A stretch of 64,000 nucleotides of DNA from Moniliella sp. 'wahieum' (Eukaryota): the NCBI GenBank assembly GCA_003971905.1, contig RSEE01000001.1:1426001-1490000 (forward strand). The letters are read 5' to 3'. Under the pieces are notes generated by a model that did not search any database, was not told the DNA's origin, and was given only the letters and a program-made list of their open reading frames with translations. Made by a program: the position numbers and the translations under genes. Shown piece after piece: positions 39,086-51,926 of the stretch; the first letter of the stretch is position 1, and every line of letters begins with the position of its first letter.

Positions 39086-41702
39086 GTACCAGTGAGTACT
39101 GAGTTCAGTACTGAGTACGAGTCATGGCGGATTGAATCGTTCCTCTTTTCACCCAAGCAACACCTGGCGTCGCGTAGATGGGCTGGCTGCGTTGATTCGT
39201 CTTCCGTTTTCTCTTTGGTTCCTGGTTTCCAACTGGCCAGACCAGGACCTCCGATTCCCCATCCTTCCCCTGTGTTTGTTCTGTGTTTCTGTCTTGTGGG
39301 CCATGATGCATGATGCATCATCAAGATGAAGATGAATGAGCAATGCCCAATGACCTGCCATGCCCCTCTTCCCACGCTGGCACGTACGCTTGCCAAGCCG
39401 TGTCGAACCCCTTTCCGAACGCAGCGCTCTCGAGCCTACGACACTTGCCTGATGATCAATGATGCATGATGACGCTTCTCCCTATACTCGGTTATCCTTT
39501 CAGATAAAACAGACTGTCATGCTGTGCATGAGTCTGCCAATGAACCACGTGCGATGAAGCTGTCCGCCCGTCGTAGATTGCGGCCGAGCGTAAAGCAGAA
39601 CGATTGTTGTCGTGCCAGGTCAGATCTCAGAGGGAGCCGGGGGGATGCAGGATGGGACAAGCCAAGGTGTAGCGGCCGGGGAGAACAGATCCGCGTCTGC
39701 ACACCATGTGCCACCGAGACCTGGGGGGTGAGCAGCAGCATGCCGAGGGCTAGTGACCAGTGACCGGCGACCAGTGACTACTCACTTACTCAGTGGTGTT
39801 GCTTTACCGATCCCATCAGCTGCAGATGACCGTGTCGCTGTACGGTGGTCTGTGCCCCCCTCAGGCCTCATGGGCCCGAGAGGTGCGCGTCATTCACGCT
39901 CGCACTGGAAAGGAACGGCTAAGGGCGACTGGCTGGCTGGCCAACTTGCAGCGCCAGCAGACGGTGGAGGGAGGGAGGGACTGTAGTAGAGACGTGCCGA
40001 GGGGCAGACGATGCGTCGTGGGTGTGTAGGACGGAAGGCGTGACAGGCAGGCTGGGCGCCCAGGTGCTGGGGAAAGCAACCGAGACACCCGCCTCTACAG
40101 CCGGATCCGGTGCGGGGGGATGCACGGGGACACCTGGGAAAGCGGAAAGGAAATTGGCCCGGCAGGGGGGCAGTGCAAGTGCATGCCAAGCTGCCACAGG
40201 CTGTCACCTCCCTCCCAATCGTAGATGCCAAGCCTTGGCCAGTTCCCTGACTTCTGTGACTGCCTAGCCTGGCTGCTGACACTCCGCAGGGGCACATAAC
40301 CCTTCTTCGCTTCTCGCCCCCCCCTCCCCCGCAGCCCTAGAGAGGATCCGTGCGGCACAGCCAAGCCTATGCCCAGTACCCAGTACCCAGTTGAGTGTTG
40401 AATACGGCGGGGTCTGAGTGGTTAGTCGTGTGGGTGGTGAGCGGTGAGCGGTCTTGTAACTTGCATCTCAAGGTCCACAGAGGGTTGGGCATGCCAAGCT
40501 CTCTCTCTAACACCGTCTTCTCCGCGTACCATTTTGGGAATGCGGAACGCGCCCGGCCGGTAACAATACCCGTTCCGTAGAGGGTGTAGTACAGCGTCGC
40601 TTGCCCACTGGCAATAATATATTTGTGCCATTCCATATTGATCCCCTTCCACCGTTGCCTCCTACTCTTCGAACATCACTGTCATCGTCATCTCTATCCA
40701 TCCGCAATCTTATCCATCCAATGATGGGTTTTTCTCGATTGCTCAATCACTGCGGTCCCACTACACCCGGACCAACGGACGCACGCCTCCTGGACGAGCT
40801 ACCAACCTCCTCCTCTACATCCAGCACTCTGTTTGTTTCCCTTGGCGCGGTAGGTTTGGACTGGGACGACGAACGCGAAGCGTTGCTTGCTTCCACCAGC
40901 GTAACGCTAGGGATGCCCCTAAGGACAATAGGCCTCATCACCACACTCCTCTACGCCCAACACTCTCCTCCACACCACCACAAGGACCACGATCCACCCC
41001 ACTATCGCCGCCACCATCGACACCATCACCGTCACCACCGCGTCTCCGGCTCGGAAAAGCACAACAGGGAAAACGATGCTTTTTCGACTCCTACCCACGC
41101 TACTGTACCACGCACTTCGTCCCACTGCTCCCACGGCAGCCAAGACACTGAACGTTGTTGCTCTCGTCGGCGAAAGAGGCAGAGCCGCACGTCCCAACCT
41201 GCAACGTACACACCTGTTCGTGTGGCGGGAAACGGGGTGCGGAGGCAGAGACGGAACTGCGTCCGCGCTGTTGCGCCATGCCTCCTCTTCCTTGGACCAA
41301 CGCCGTGCGCCCTCGTCCGCACGACCAAAGCGAAAGCGCGCGGCAGCTTGCGCTCGACCCACGTCCTTTTCTCTCTTTGGCCTCACGCTTTACTGGCCTC
41401 GACCTTGACGCCCCCCCCCCTAGTTCTTCCGTTGCGCCTGCCCGGCCGCAGGTCAGTGCGGCGCTGGGCACAGGAATGCAACTGGTGGTGGTCAACGCGT
41501 AACGATTTTCCTTGTTGTCAAGAGGCACTTCTACACTTCTCTCGTTAATATATGGCACGTTGATTAATGATTCTCGACCGTGGCGTATAGGGTGCAGCGG
41601 TGCAGCCTCCAGGGAGAGGCGAGTGTATATAGCTTGAGAGTCTACAGCTATTGAATTCGGATTAATGTCCATGTTCCATTTGCTTTGGTTGCAGGACAAG
41701 AA

Positions 41703-41793
41703 GGCGAGATAGCGAAGTGGTTAACGCGCTGTGTTCAGGATAATTTCCTAACCGCAGTCCTCCGGGGCGTGGGTTCGAATCCCACTCTCGTCA
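41703..41793 (+). tRNA. tRNA-Leu(CAG) with 12-nt intron (41740-41751)
   Basis: Acceptor GGCGAGA/TCTCGTC, discriminator A, anticodon stem CTGTG/CGCAG with TT-CAG-G, long variable arm, T-arm GTGGG-TTCGAAT-CCCAC. Downstream T5 terminator. Confidence 0.95.
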
Positions 41794-41955
41794 TATTTTT
41801 GGCTGTGCTGTCTCGAGGCTTCAACCGCGTCAGCGGCTGGCGGGGCATCCTCCACCTTCTCATTCGAACATTCAACGTGCTGTACGGCCACCCCAGTTTT
41901 TCCTCCTCTGAGGTGGGCTATTGGTCGTACATGGACCGAGGCGGATGGATTGCGT

Positions 41956-42567
41956 TCAGTCGGTCAAGAGGGAGCACTTGCTCAGGGCCTTCTTGACCGC
42001 GGCCGGGCGCCGGTTTGGGGCGATGGCCAAGACGGTAGGAATGTTTCCGGCTGTTCAATCCACAGTACGTGGTCGGGGAATTCTTCTTCGAGCGAAAGTG
42101 TCGGTTCGGAAGCAAGGCGCGAGCCAAACGTTCGTTGTTCCGTCAGCTTGGCCGACAAGGCAGCGAGGGACTGTTTGCTGGACGTTCGTAGCGTCACTTT
42201 GTGCATCGAGCCCACGTTTTCCGGCGCGAGGTAGGCCAGCGTGTTGGGACTGCTTGCCGTTTTCGCGCAGCCTGAGACAAATGTCAGCCACGGGTCAGAC
42301 AAATGTTGGAGAGGTATGGGGAGGCGAGGAGGGGGGACGTACCGCCATGGCAGCGTGCGCGGCTTGGGCCATCAAGGGCCCTTTGGTCCATTCTTGTGCC
42401 TGGAGGAAGAGGGAAGGATTAGCTCGACACTCGACCATGCAGGAACATGTACGTACAAGTGTACGGTCCACAATCAGTTGCATCACCAGGGGAGTTTGTG
42501 GATCCGGTGCGGCAACATTGGCTGGCGTGGATTGGGAGGCGGCGGTTGGGGAGGTTGAGGCTGTCAT
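41956..42567 (-). CDS. Peptidyl-tRNA hydrolase PTH2-family protein (PTRHD1-like)
   Basis: LVMQLIVDRTL, WTKGPLMAQAAHAAMAV, MHKVTL, HVLWIEQPE and IPTVLAIAPNRRP..KCSL. Two probable short introns. Confidence 0.88.
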
Positions 42568-43026
42568 CACGGCTCGTCGGGGTGTTGGACTCGGCAGGAC
42601 AGTTGGGAAAGGGGAAAGAACGGAGATGGGGCGTGGGAATGGCCGAAATGGATCCGAGATCCTCGACTGAGCATCCAACGCCAAACCGAAAGTACAGCAA
42701 GCACAGCAGGCGTATAGCTTGGGGGCTGGAAAAAACAAGTGTTGAAGGCGCTGACAGGCGGAGAGCTGTTTATTAGTAGCAACTACTCTACTCAGGCAAT
42801 CGCCGTGGTTACCTAATCTCCCCTGGCTTTGCTCCACCAGACCCAGCTGGACACCAGCCCGTCCCTCACCTCTTGCTTATTCACGGACAGCATATTCAAC
42901 CACTGACACCTAGACGAGATACAGATCAAGGATGCGCGTCGTTTTGCAATGCCAAGCAAACAGAGCCCACTTGCCCAGGCAGTGCTCACAGGCATGCATG
43001 ATAACTGCATGTTTTTGATTGGCCTT

Positions 43027-43844
43027 TTAATACACTTTCTCTTCGTCCTCTTTGACGCCATAAGCGACTTTGCGACGGTACGTGTTTTGATCACGAAGCC
43101 AGTGACGATAATCGTGCAACGAACCGATTTTTTCTCCCTGCAACACAGTACAGGCACACAAGTCAGTACAAAATCACAGCAACATGGCAATCTTGAGATT
43201 GGTCCAAGGAAAAAATACGCACGTAGAAGTCAGGAATGGGGTTCTGGTAGGACCACAAGAGGTGGCAAGTCATGCATGTCAGAATGGAGAACCACAAAAG
43301 ACAAGGTTATACAGGACGTGACGTACTTGGACACTTTGCATCATTGGGTCCACACGGTTACGACGAATATGGTCAAGAAGGCCTTATCCTTCTGGGCAAT
43401 GGATTGGGCTTTGGACCGGTTCAGCCATGCCCATACTGTTGAACCAATTGCCGGTCCAAGCAAAAGACCAGCACCTGTACCGAGCAACATGCCCCGCTGC
43501 CGAGAGCAGCATGGGGTCAATCCCAGCAAACGTAAACGGCATTCCGTTGGCGGCAAGATAGGCACCGCTGCCTGCACTGGTCAAGAGGGTGGTGGGCCAC
43601 GTGAAGAACATGCTGGCTGTGCGGCGTTGCTTGCGCAGCTTGAGATACTCGTCCCAGGTCACAGGGGCTTTGCCCTGTGCGGCCGCCTCGGCGGCAGCCT
43701 GAGCTTGGGCGCGACGGGTGGCCTCCTGCTTGCCAAGGGGGGTGGTGCGACCTGGGCAGTGCTGGACGAGACCAGTGTCCTACGCCACGCAAGAGAGGGT
43801 GCGAGCAAGACAGGGTGCGGGCGAACGGCGCGATGGATGGGCAT
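43027..43844 (-). CDS. PAM17: Mitochondrial import motor subunit Pam17
   Basis: Arg-rich presequence, TWDEYLKLRKQRR, GLLLGPAIG, KDKAFL..IRRNRVDP, NPIPDFY-intron-GEKIGSLHDYRHWLRDQ. Confidence 0.93.
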
Positions 43845-44222
43845 TGGTTGGTCACAGAGACGGTGGTGCCGGTGAGACGGCTTGGGCAGGCTGGCCGGTA
43901 GCCTGCCAGCGGCAGCAGAAGCGAGGCGCCATGTCAGGCAATAAATGCCACACAGCAGCAGGGATTCCGACGCGCGGAACGGGTGACGTGCCAGGGGGCA
44001 CGCCGCGTGATGCATGATGCATGATGTGTGATGCGCGGCCAACACGTGATATGGGATGCACTGTGAATATGTGCATCGGCGCAGTTGCACCGAACCCGAT
44101 GGAGCATTGGTTTCCGTGCGTGGACATGCCAGCTGATGCATGATGCGCTCTTGCCCGTCCGCGTACGTCGCCTACGCGTGCTGCGCTCTCTCGGCTGAGC
44201 CCAACCTTGCCCCGTACCCATC

Positions 44223-44617
44223 ATGTCCAAGCGGCGCGAGTACTCGTACGAAGAGCTGGTTGCACGCATACACTACTCGGACAAATACGCAGACGATGAA
44301 TGGGAGTACCGTCATGTGATTCTCCCCAAGCAGCTTCTCAAGCAGCTGCCAGAAGAGTACTTTGACCCCAACGAGCCGGGCGTCCTGCGCAAGCTCACTG
44401 ACGAACAGTGGCGCTCGATCGGCATTCAGCAGTCGCCAGGGTGGGAGCACTACGAAGTGCACGGTACGTTGCACGTCTTCGTTCCTTCCCCTCCCGCTTC
44501 CCCCTCCCTCTTTCTGCATACACTAACCAGCCATCCTCGGCAGCTCCCGAACCCCACATTCTCCTTTTCCGCCGCGAGAAAGATTATGCGGAGAAGTACC
44601 TACAGAACTACCAGTGA
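44223..44617 (+). CDS. CKS1: Cyclin-dependent kinase regulatory subunit Cks1/Suc1
   Basis: [35 protein letters not shown] 44464-44543[11 protein letters not shown]. No frameshift. Confidence 0.97.
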
Positions 44618-44699
44618 AGCACTTTGGGTCATTCTTCTTTTCCTTCCCTCTCTACAGCAGGCATGTCGGTTCCCTGATTCCCCCAGCATCCTCCTTGCG

Positions 44700-45514
44700 G
44701 TCCCCTCAACCTGTTCTCTCCTGTGTCTGACTCACCTTCTCCGCCCGGTTGCTTGCTTCGCAGCAAGGCACCTACCATCGAACGTGGGTGGGTGTGAGAG
44801 CAGCGAAATACTACTCGTGACCTAGTCCACGATGGACTAGGCGGATGGTATGGATACGGCGCCTCCCCATGCCATGCATCCATCAGGCTGCGGGAAACGT
44901 ATTGCGGATACGACAAGTCGCTCGTTACACAACACACAATGGGAATGGGATTCATGGTTGGAGGGCATTGTCGTATACTGCTCATGCAGGTGGCTTTGGA
45001 CAGTTGAGGACCGTGCGGCTGCATGGGTTCTTCCCCTTGTTGAGGTTGTTCCTTGAGACGCTGTGTGAAGTTGGAAGTCTAAGCGTAGTAGGGATCCTCT
45101 TATTCACCGGGTCAACGGGATGACAGGGACGAGTAACCCGTTATGCTGAGCATGGGAAATTCTTTATGGAAACCAGTGTTGACATCCATGCGGCTCTTGA
45201 TGAAAATACGAGGCTGCATGGACGTTTGAGATACTATGGACCACCCGCCAAATGAGCAGGCCGTCGGCACCCAGTACGAAGGAAGTCATATAGGTATCCA
45301 TCGTCAAATTCGTCGATCATGGTCTCTGCTAGGGAGAGCGCGACTCTTCAGACCTTGTTTGTATGATGCGCACGCGCCGGTCGCGAGTGGCACAGGCACG
45401 ACCTCGTGGGTGTCTTCATTTGCTGGCAACCCAACTGCATAGTACTAGCATGGACTTGACTGGTGTGCAGGGCTCGCGGCTCCTCGGTCATCCACTTTCC
45501 TGGGACTCAGGCAT
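44700..45514 (-). CDS. Possible fragmented hypothetical gene
   Basis: ATG at 45514 after a pyrimidine-rich leader. Protein-like fragments in shifting frames ([53 protein letters not shown]). No family recognised. Confidence 0.25.
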
Positions 45515-45992
45515 GCTGGCCTGCTTGAAAGCCCCAGGAGGAAGAAAAACAAGACAGGGGTGCGGGTGCCTGGGATGCCTGGAGGAGCAGCTGCTGGAGG
45601 CTGTGCGTGATGGAGAAGCAGGCTTGTGGGGGCTTCGGCGTGAGCGCGTGAGCACGATAAGCGATGAGAAAGTTGAAGTGCTGGGGCCGTTAACGCGTTA
45701 ACATGATTTTGCTGAAATACTCGCTGGAGGCATGGTTAAATTTAGTCGTTAAACTTTCAACGTCTGTAGCCCCTTCCCGCCCCGAGTGGGTGGGGGCGGG
45801 ACGGTGGCCTCGGCGGCGAGTACTGAGTGAGCATGCGGCCTTGCCCAAAGAGACTGAGGGCTGGAGTGGCCTTGATTTGGGAGCGCACCACCGCCGCCGC
45901 CCGAGCATCCGACGTGGCTAGCGCTCTTGCCACGCCCCCTGCCCCCCCCCACCACCACCCCACCCCCTCCGATCGCCGTGGATGGCGGTGGG

Positions 45993-48900
45993 ATGATGCC
46001 ACAGGCGCACCAGCCCGCCCATGCGTCGCCCTCGACCCGGCCATCCCCGTCTCCTCGTCACCCGTCCGCCCACCATCGACCTCGACATACAGCCCGACCC
46101 CTCCCACAAGACCACCACCACCGCCGCCTCCTCTTCTGCGTCATCCCGCACCCCTTCCCCCCTCAACCGGCGTCCACGCGCACGCGCACGCCCCCGTCCC
46201 TCGGCCAGGATACGCTTCGAGCCTCCGCCCACCCAGCAACTGGGCCTCGTGCCACACTCGTCGCATACCGTCCTGTCTCCCTTCCGGCCTCTGCCCCCAG
46301 CTGCGTCCAACCAGCTCGTCATTTCCACCAAGCCTTCCTCCCGCCGCGCTTCGTCCCGACCCAGCTCGGCTTCTACCTCCTCGGCCCGGCTGTCCTTTAC
46401 GTACTCACCCTTTGTCCGCAACGCTCGCGCCCCCTCGGCCCCCATGGGCATCCGTCCCCCGCGGCCCCCTGTACCTTCAAACTCCTTGGCTCCGATCGCT
46501 ATCGCCGACTCGGATGACGATGAGCCCGAGCTGACTCCGCCCCCTGCAGCGGACCCCTCACACCCTCCACCTTTGCCCCGCCCCTCCTCAACACACTCCC
46601 TTCCTCCCCCCGCCTTCCTCCCCGGCACCTCAGCCTACGACACCTGGCCGGACCAACCGGAAGCGCAAACGCTGCCCTGAAACATATTTCCGCTCAACCA
46701 ATTCGTGGTATGACGCGGCCGTGCAGCGCCAGGCTCCCGAGTCTGGCACGTCTTCCTCCCATACGATGACACCCCATTCCGCCACCAGCAATGACTCTCC
46801 GCCCCCGCGCAAGACAGCGCAACCCATCAACAAGCCTATCGACTTGGCGTCCTCGCGCTCACCAGCACCTGTCAAAAAGACATTTGATCTGCTAGGTTCC
46901 GTTTCCAATGACGACAGTGGCGCCCCACTCTCGCGGCCTCGGTCTATACCCCGGACCACCCAAGTGGTGTCAGACGACGAGGATGACGAAGAGAGGCCTG
47001 CCACTCAGACTGTGCCCAAGCCTGCATTACTTTCGACCACATCGCTGCCCACACCAGAGCGAGTCAAACTTAGCTTGGTTCAGCTTATTGTGCCCAATGT
47101 CGTCAACTGGACGGCATCCTCCTTGGATCGGCGGCTGGGCCAAGTGTATTGGATTCCAGGTTCTCCCTCCCGTCTCAAGATTGGCATGTTTCCACTTGAA
47201 CTCGATGAGTATTGGGTGATCCAAGAAGATGACATGGAGGCAGTGGAGATGGTACGTCGACGTATTTGGCCTTTTTGTGCATGCGCACGTGTTTGCTAAC
47301 ATCCTCACTACCCATGAAGGCCTTGGACAGCCATAAGGACCATGCCCTTTGGATAAAGTTGCGTATGCCCCCCCAGCGGCGGAACACGGGAGCCTTGGCT
47401 CTCAAACGATATGTCCCTCGCATGAAGTTTGCCAAGGTTCAAAGCTCGATGGAAGTGGCTCTGCGCTTTAGTGTCACCAAACCAGCTGAGCAACAATCTT
47501 ACGTGGATCTGTTCCGTCACTTGAAGGCCGCACAGGCAAAGGGCGCTTCTTTCACACTTTCCGACTCGAGCGACAGTCTTCAACGCCGATTGGCGAAAAT
47601 GACCGCCGCACCCAAGGTGTCTACTAGCCTTAACACTCCCAACCATATTCCCCTTTCCGACCTGATTGCTTCGCTTGACATTTCCTTGTGGGATCCCATT
47701 TCGGGTTCAGACTCTTCTATGTCGGGCAGGAAGAGTCAGACGCTCCCCGCATGGTACCAAACGGAGAAAACTGACTCTCGCACCAGTTGGCTCAGAGGCT
47801 GGCGAGGAAGCGCACGGGTCTTTTCTGCGCCTCCCGCGCCAAATCGCGAGCCAGCGCGCGCCCCTCAGACCTCGGGTTCAGCCTTTCTCCCTCTTCTTCA
47901 GACTCCGTGTCTGAGTTGGGGCTTGACTCGGAAGCTGAGTTGGATCAGGCCAATTCTCTGGCCCGGTCCCATGCCAACCCCGCTTCTACTCGGCCTCCAC
48001 TTCCGCCTGAAGAGGATACTACCATCCTATTCTATCCTCAAAACGGGGCAAGGGATCTGTTGCGTTGGTCAAGAGCGATATGTTCAAGTTGGACGACGGA
48101 GCGTGGCTGAATGACACGGTAATTGACTTTGCGCTCAAGTACATTCATTCTCAACTGGAGCAAGACGTTGATCCGGTCCACCGGGCTGGGGCCGATCAGA
48201 TCCTCGTTCTTACTGCCTTTTTTTACACCCAGCTCACTTCAGCCAAATCGGGAAGCTGGCTACGCTCGGGTGCGCAAGTGGACCAAAGATGTCGATGTGT
48301 TTGGTAAGCGGTACATTGTTGTCCCCATCAATGAGAACTTGCACTGGTACCTTGCCATCATTGTTCATCCTGCGCGCATCCTTCAAGCTACCTGCCCGGA
48401 TTCTGGTGACTCTCGCCCTGCTGAGACCAGGCGCCGGTCCGGTCGAACGTCCCGCCTTGCCGTGCAATCTTCAGACATTTCGTTGTCAGAGAACGAACAA
48501 CAAGGACAGAATCGCCAGTCTCCTCCAAGCAAGCATCACCACGCCCACCTAGCCCGTCCATCCCGATGCCTACTTTAGCAGACCCTGTTCGTCAGGCCCG
48601 GGACCCTTCCTCGGCAATGTCTGACTTGACCTCTTGCAGCGAGGGCCACAGCCCCAAGCCCAGTTCGGCTCATGAGGCATTGTCTGTCCGCAAGCCAGGG
48701 TTCCGCGTGTCTCCTCCATCCCATGGAGATGCAAGCTCAGCTGTGGTCCACAAGGGGCGTAGAGCCACCACTACGTCTTCACCGGATCCTTTAGAGGGTT
48801 GTATATCAAGCCCCATCTCTCAGCCCCAAGACCCTAGCCTGGAGATGGGTGAGGCAAGTACTCCCACAAAGAGTCAAACCCATCCGGCGGAGTCAGAGAT

Positions 48901-50482
48901 CACCCCGTTCTCGGGTTTCCGTCTCTTAGGGAGGGGTCCCCATCCCTTTCCCAGAATTCCCAGAATTCCCAGAATTCCAGAATAGCGCGAGCCAATCTCT
49001 CTCCCCGCCCTTCGGCAACCAACTGAGGAACGGCAAGAGGTCTCCGTCTCCCGTGTCTAGCCACTCTTCTCCACCTCGATGGGATACAGAGAACGGCAGC
49101 ACTTCCAACCTGGTGGGATACAGCCCCAGTGCAACAAACACTATCGCGACTTGGATCCCGCTCCGCGGAATGGAGAGCCGGAACGACAGACGTTCCCGGA
49201 CAATCCTCCATGGACAACAACAATCCCGCACTTGCAACTCCCAGGCGATTGGAATCAGTTAGCTTAACCGATCCGATCCCCTTCACACCTTCTCCTCCCT
49301 TCACCGTGTCGGATGACGAATCGGGTTCGGAAGGCGGCCAGCGCGGTACGCTCGTCGGGGGAGGGTATCCACAATTGGCAAATGGATCGTTTGCCCGTCG
49401 GAAGAGGACCCGGGATCAAGAAACGGGTGACGCCATGTTGGACGCCGAAACCGTCCAATCTGGCAAGACGTCGTGCCTGCTTTGGCGCAATATCTGGCAT
49501 CGGAGCAACAGATGAACACGTCCTCCTACCGTTAGCACTCTCCACCTCGTCATGTCCCCGCACATCGCCTCGTGGTGCGGGCAAACGAACCAGTCGCCCA
49601 TTATGATCGAGATGACGCCATGCCAGAACCGCAAAAGGTCTCTGTGGCCCCTGGCACGGTCGACAATGACGAACGTTCTCGGGCCGCTCAGCGGGCTCAG
49701 AAACGAGCGGCTGCTTTGGACCGAGCCGACGCGCGGCAACAACAACGTCAAAATAAAGCTGCTGCCGTGCTGGACCAGACGGAGGTGCCGGTAGTGATCA
49801 CGTTTGACTCGCTCCGGAGTCGCAACGGGCACCTGAAAGTGAATCGGGACTTGAGTTCGTGGCTCCGGTTTGAGGCACAGGACAAGATGGGCAAGACGGT
49901 GGACAGCGGATAATGTGCGCGTACATTGACGCATTTATCCCCCAACAGCCCAACTGGTGGGATTGCGGGATCTATATGATTCACTTTTTTGACCGGTTTG
50001 CCTCGGCGCCCGAAGACACGCTGCGTCACCTTCGGTCATGTGATCCCGACTGGCTTTTGGGGTGCCGACGAGGTTGTACAAAGCGAAGGCAGTGGCGCCA
50101 CCTGATTACCCGTCTTTCGGACCAGTGGCTCAAGAGCCAGGTCCAACACCCGAACACGACCAATGAGTCCCCCACGGACGACGCCGAACCAATCGAAGAG
50201 ATTCACGCAGAGCAGCAACTTCCCAATGGGACCAATGGACAAAGTCCCATCGCATCATCTCCCCCGCCTTCTCCGTCCCAGTCAAACAACTTGATACCTG
50301 GCAATAACGAGCCAAGCTCGTTCCCTCCGCCCCCGCACGAACTCCCGATCCCCCATCCGGGGGCACATGGAGACGTTCCTCTTCCTCCGCCTCCGGCAGC
50401 CTCCACCCAAGACCCCTCGTCGGAACCAGCGTGGGCATCTCGGTACTCCCGCCTCCTTTCTTGTTTTCATCACTTGGATTAA
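45993..50482 (+). CDS. ULP2: SUMO protease, Ulp2/SENP6-7 type (peptidase C48)
   Basis: LDDGAWLNDTVIDFALKY, FFYTQL, VRKWTKDVDVFGKRYIVVPINENLHWYLAII (His), ITFDSL (Asp) and PQQPNWWDCGIY (Gln/Cys). Long disordered N-terminus. Confidence 0.9.
48949..48983 (+). repeat. 9-bp tandem repeat (TCCCAGAAT)x3 plus one 8-bp copy, inside ULP2
   Basis: TCCCAGAAT TCCCAGAAT TCCCAGAAT TCCAGAAT read directly. Confidence 0.9.
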
Positions 50483-50799
50483 GGGGGGGGAGGGACAGCC
50501 CCACCGGGTCTGGTTCAGTCTGACGTGCGTCAATCGCCTATTTTGGTTTATGGGCCAGATATGGGTGTAGCTGATGTGGTCCCACAAGACACATACGACG
50601 ATTCTGATCCTGTCGTCAAATGGTGACGACGCTATTCTGGGCCTTGAAGCTTCAAGCTTTTCAGCTTCAAGCCAGCTTCCTACTAATACGCGGCCACATG
50701 TCATGTGCAATCTCATCTTGCCACCTTACTTCCCCGGTGCATTGGCTACGTGACAAGGGAAGGAAGGAACGAGCACAGCAATTGATTTGACCGCCATAC

Positions 50800-51926
50800 C
50801 TAGAGCAGCTTTTTGACCTCGACAATCTTGGGGTAGCGGTCCTCCATTTCCTTAGTGATGCAGGGGAAGGGGAGGAGCCGTTGATGCCCTTGGGGAGGAA
50901 CGAGGAAGCTCTCGTTGCCGGTAGCCAGCGTGCCGTCGGCGAGCTGACCGCGAATGAATTGGCCATGGGCATGCCACGTCAACCCGCGAATGGCATCTTG
51001 GATGCGGATGAGACCGCGCTTGGGCCCAGGGATCTGGCCCATGAGGTAAATCAAGTTCTCCTCCGTGTCGACACGCAACACGCGCACATTGTGAAGGTGC
51101 GCTTCTTGCCGCCCATCCGGCGGGCATCTTCTTGAGCGGCATCACACGCGACGGCGTGGCATCGAACAATCGAACCGGGACGACGGTGCCAGAGCGAGGT
51201 ACCGTGGGTATTGGGACCACCACCAAAGCCATGGCGCTTCACCACACCCTGGAAACCTTTGCCCTTGGACTTGCCCACCACATCCACTTTTTGCCTGGCA
51301 CAAATTGCAGCACAGAGAGCTTGGTTCCCTTGGGCACAAGTCCATCGCGAGACACGCGGAACAACGCGCACGGCCCTGAGCTTGCGCTGCTTGGTCTTTG
51401 GAAGCGTATCAAACGGAACCGTGCCGGCATACACCATCAGACCCAGGTACGGCCGGGCGACTGCGCATACGATGCACGCGGGCCCGGCGGAAGTTGGTCT
51501 TGAGCCTTGAACTTGGCCGGGTTGAACCAACGGGTACGGAATCACCTGGTTGTTCAGGCAGTGCACCACCGTGCACGGCACACGGTCGCCGTTGGGAAGA
51601 AAGTGGACACCATGCCCACCTTGAACCGAGCAGGCCGACGCGCTGCGCAAGCGGATGCCACGGCGCGCTGCACCGTCGTAGGCAGCTCGGGCATCTGCTC
51701 GTTCATCGTCAGCGCTCGATGTCGAGCGGCGGAAGAGTGAGTTCGGCGCCATTGAAGGCAACATTGACGGGGGCGGCGGGAGAGGGAGGGGGGGCAGCCG
51801 GGCAGCGGGAGTGGCGGCGGCAGGCGCAGGGGCCGAGGCGATGGAGGTGGTGGCGACCGAGCGCGGAGGCCCCGCGGGTGGCGCGGGAGGCGCGGCGGTG
51901 ATGGTGCGGGCGAGCGACTGGCGCAT
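50800..51926 (-). CDS. MRPL9: Mitochondrial ribosomal protein uL3m
   Basis: [49 protein letters not shown] and [21 protein letters not shown]. Presequence-like N-terminus MRQSLARTI. Confidence 0.93.

Noticed and set aside
41748..41757. CTAAC..CAG in the tRNA-Leu intron region resembling a spliceosomal branch and acceptor
   Set aside because: It overlaps the canonical tRNA intron and anticodon stem, the spacing is too short, and there is no matching donor. Most likely coincidence.
41703..41793. tRNA with CAG anticodon as a sign of CUG codon reassignment
   Set aside because: It has the Leu-type discriminator A and a normal T33, and conserved Leu positions in the proteins are encoded by CTG.
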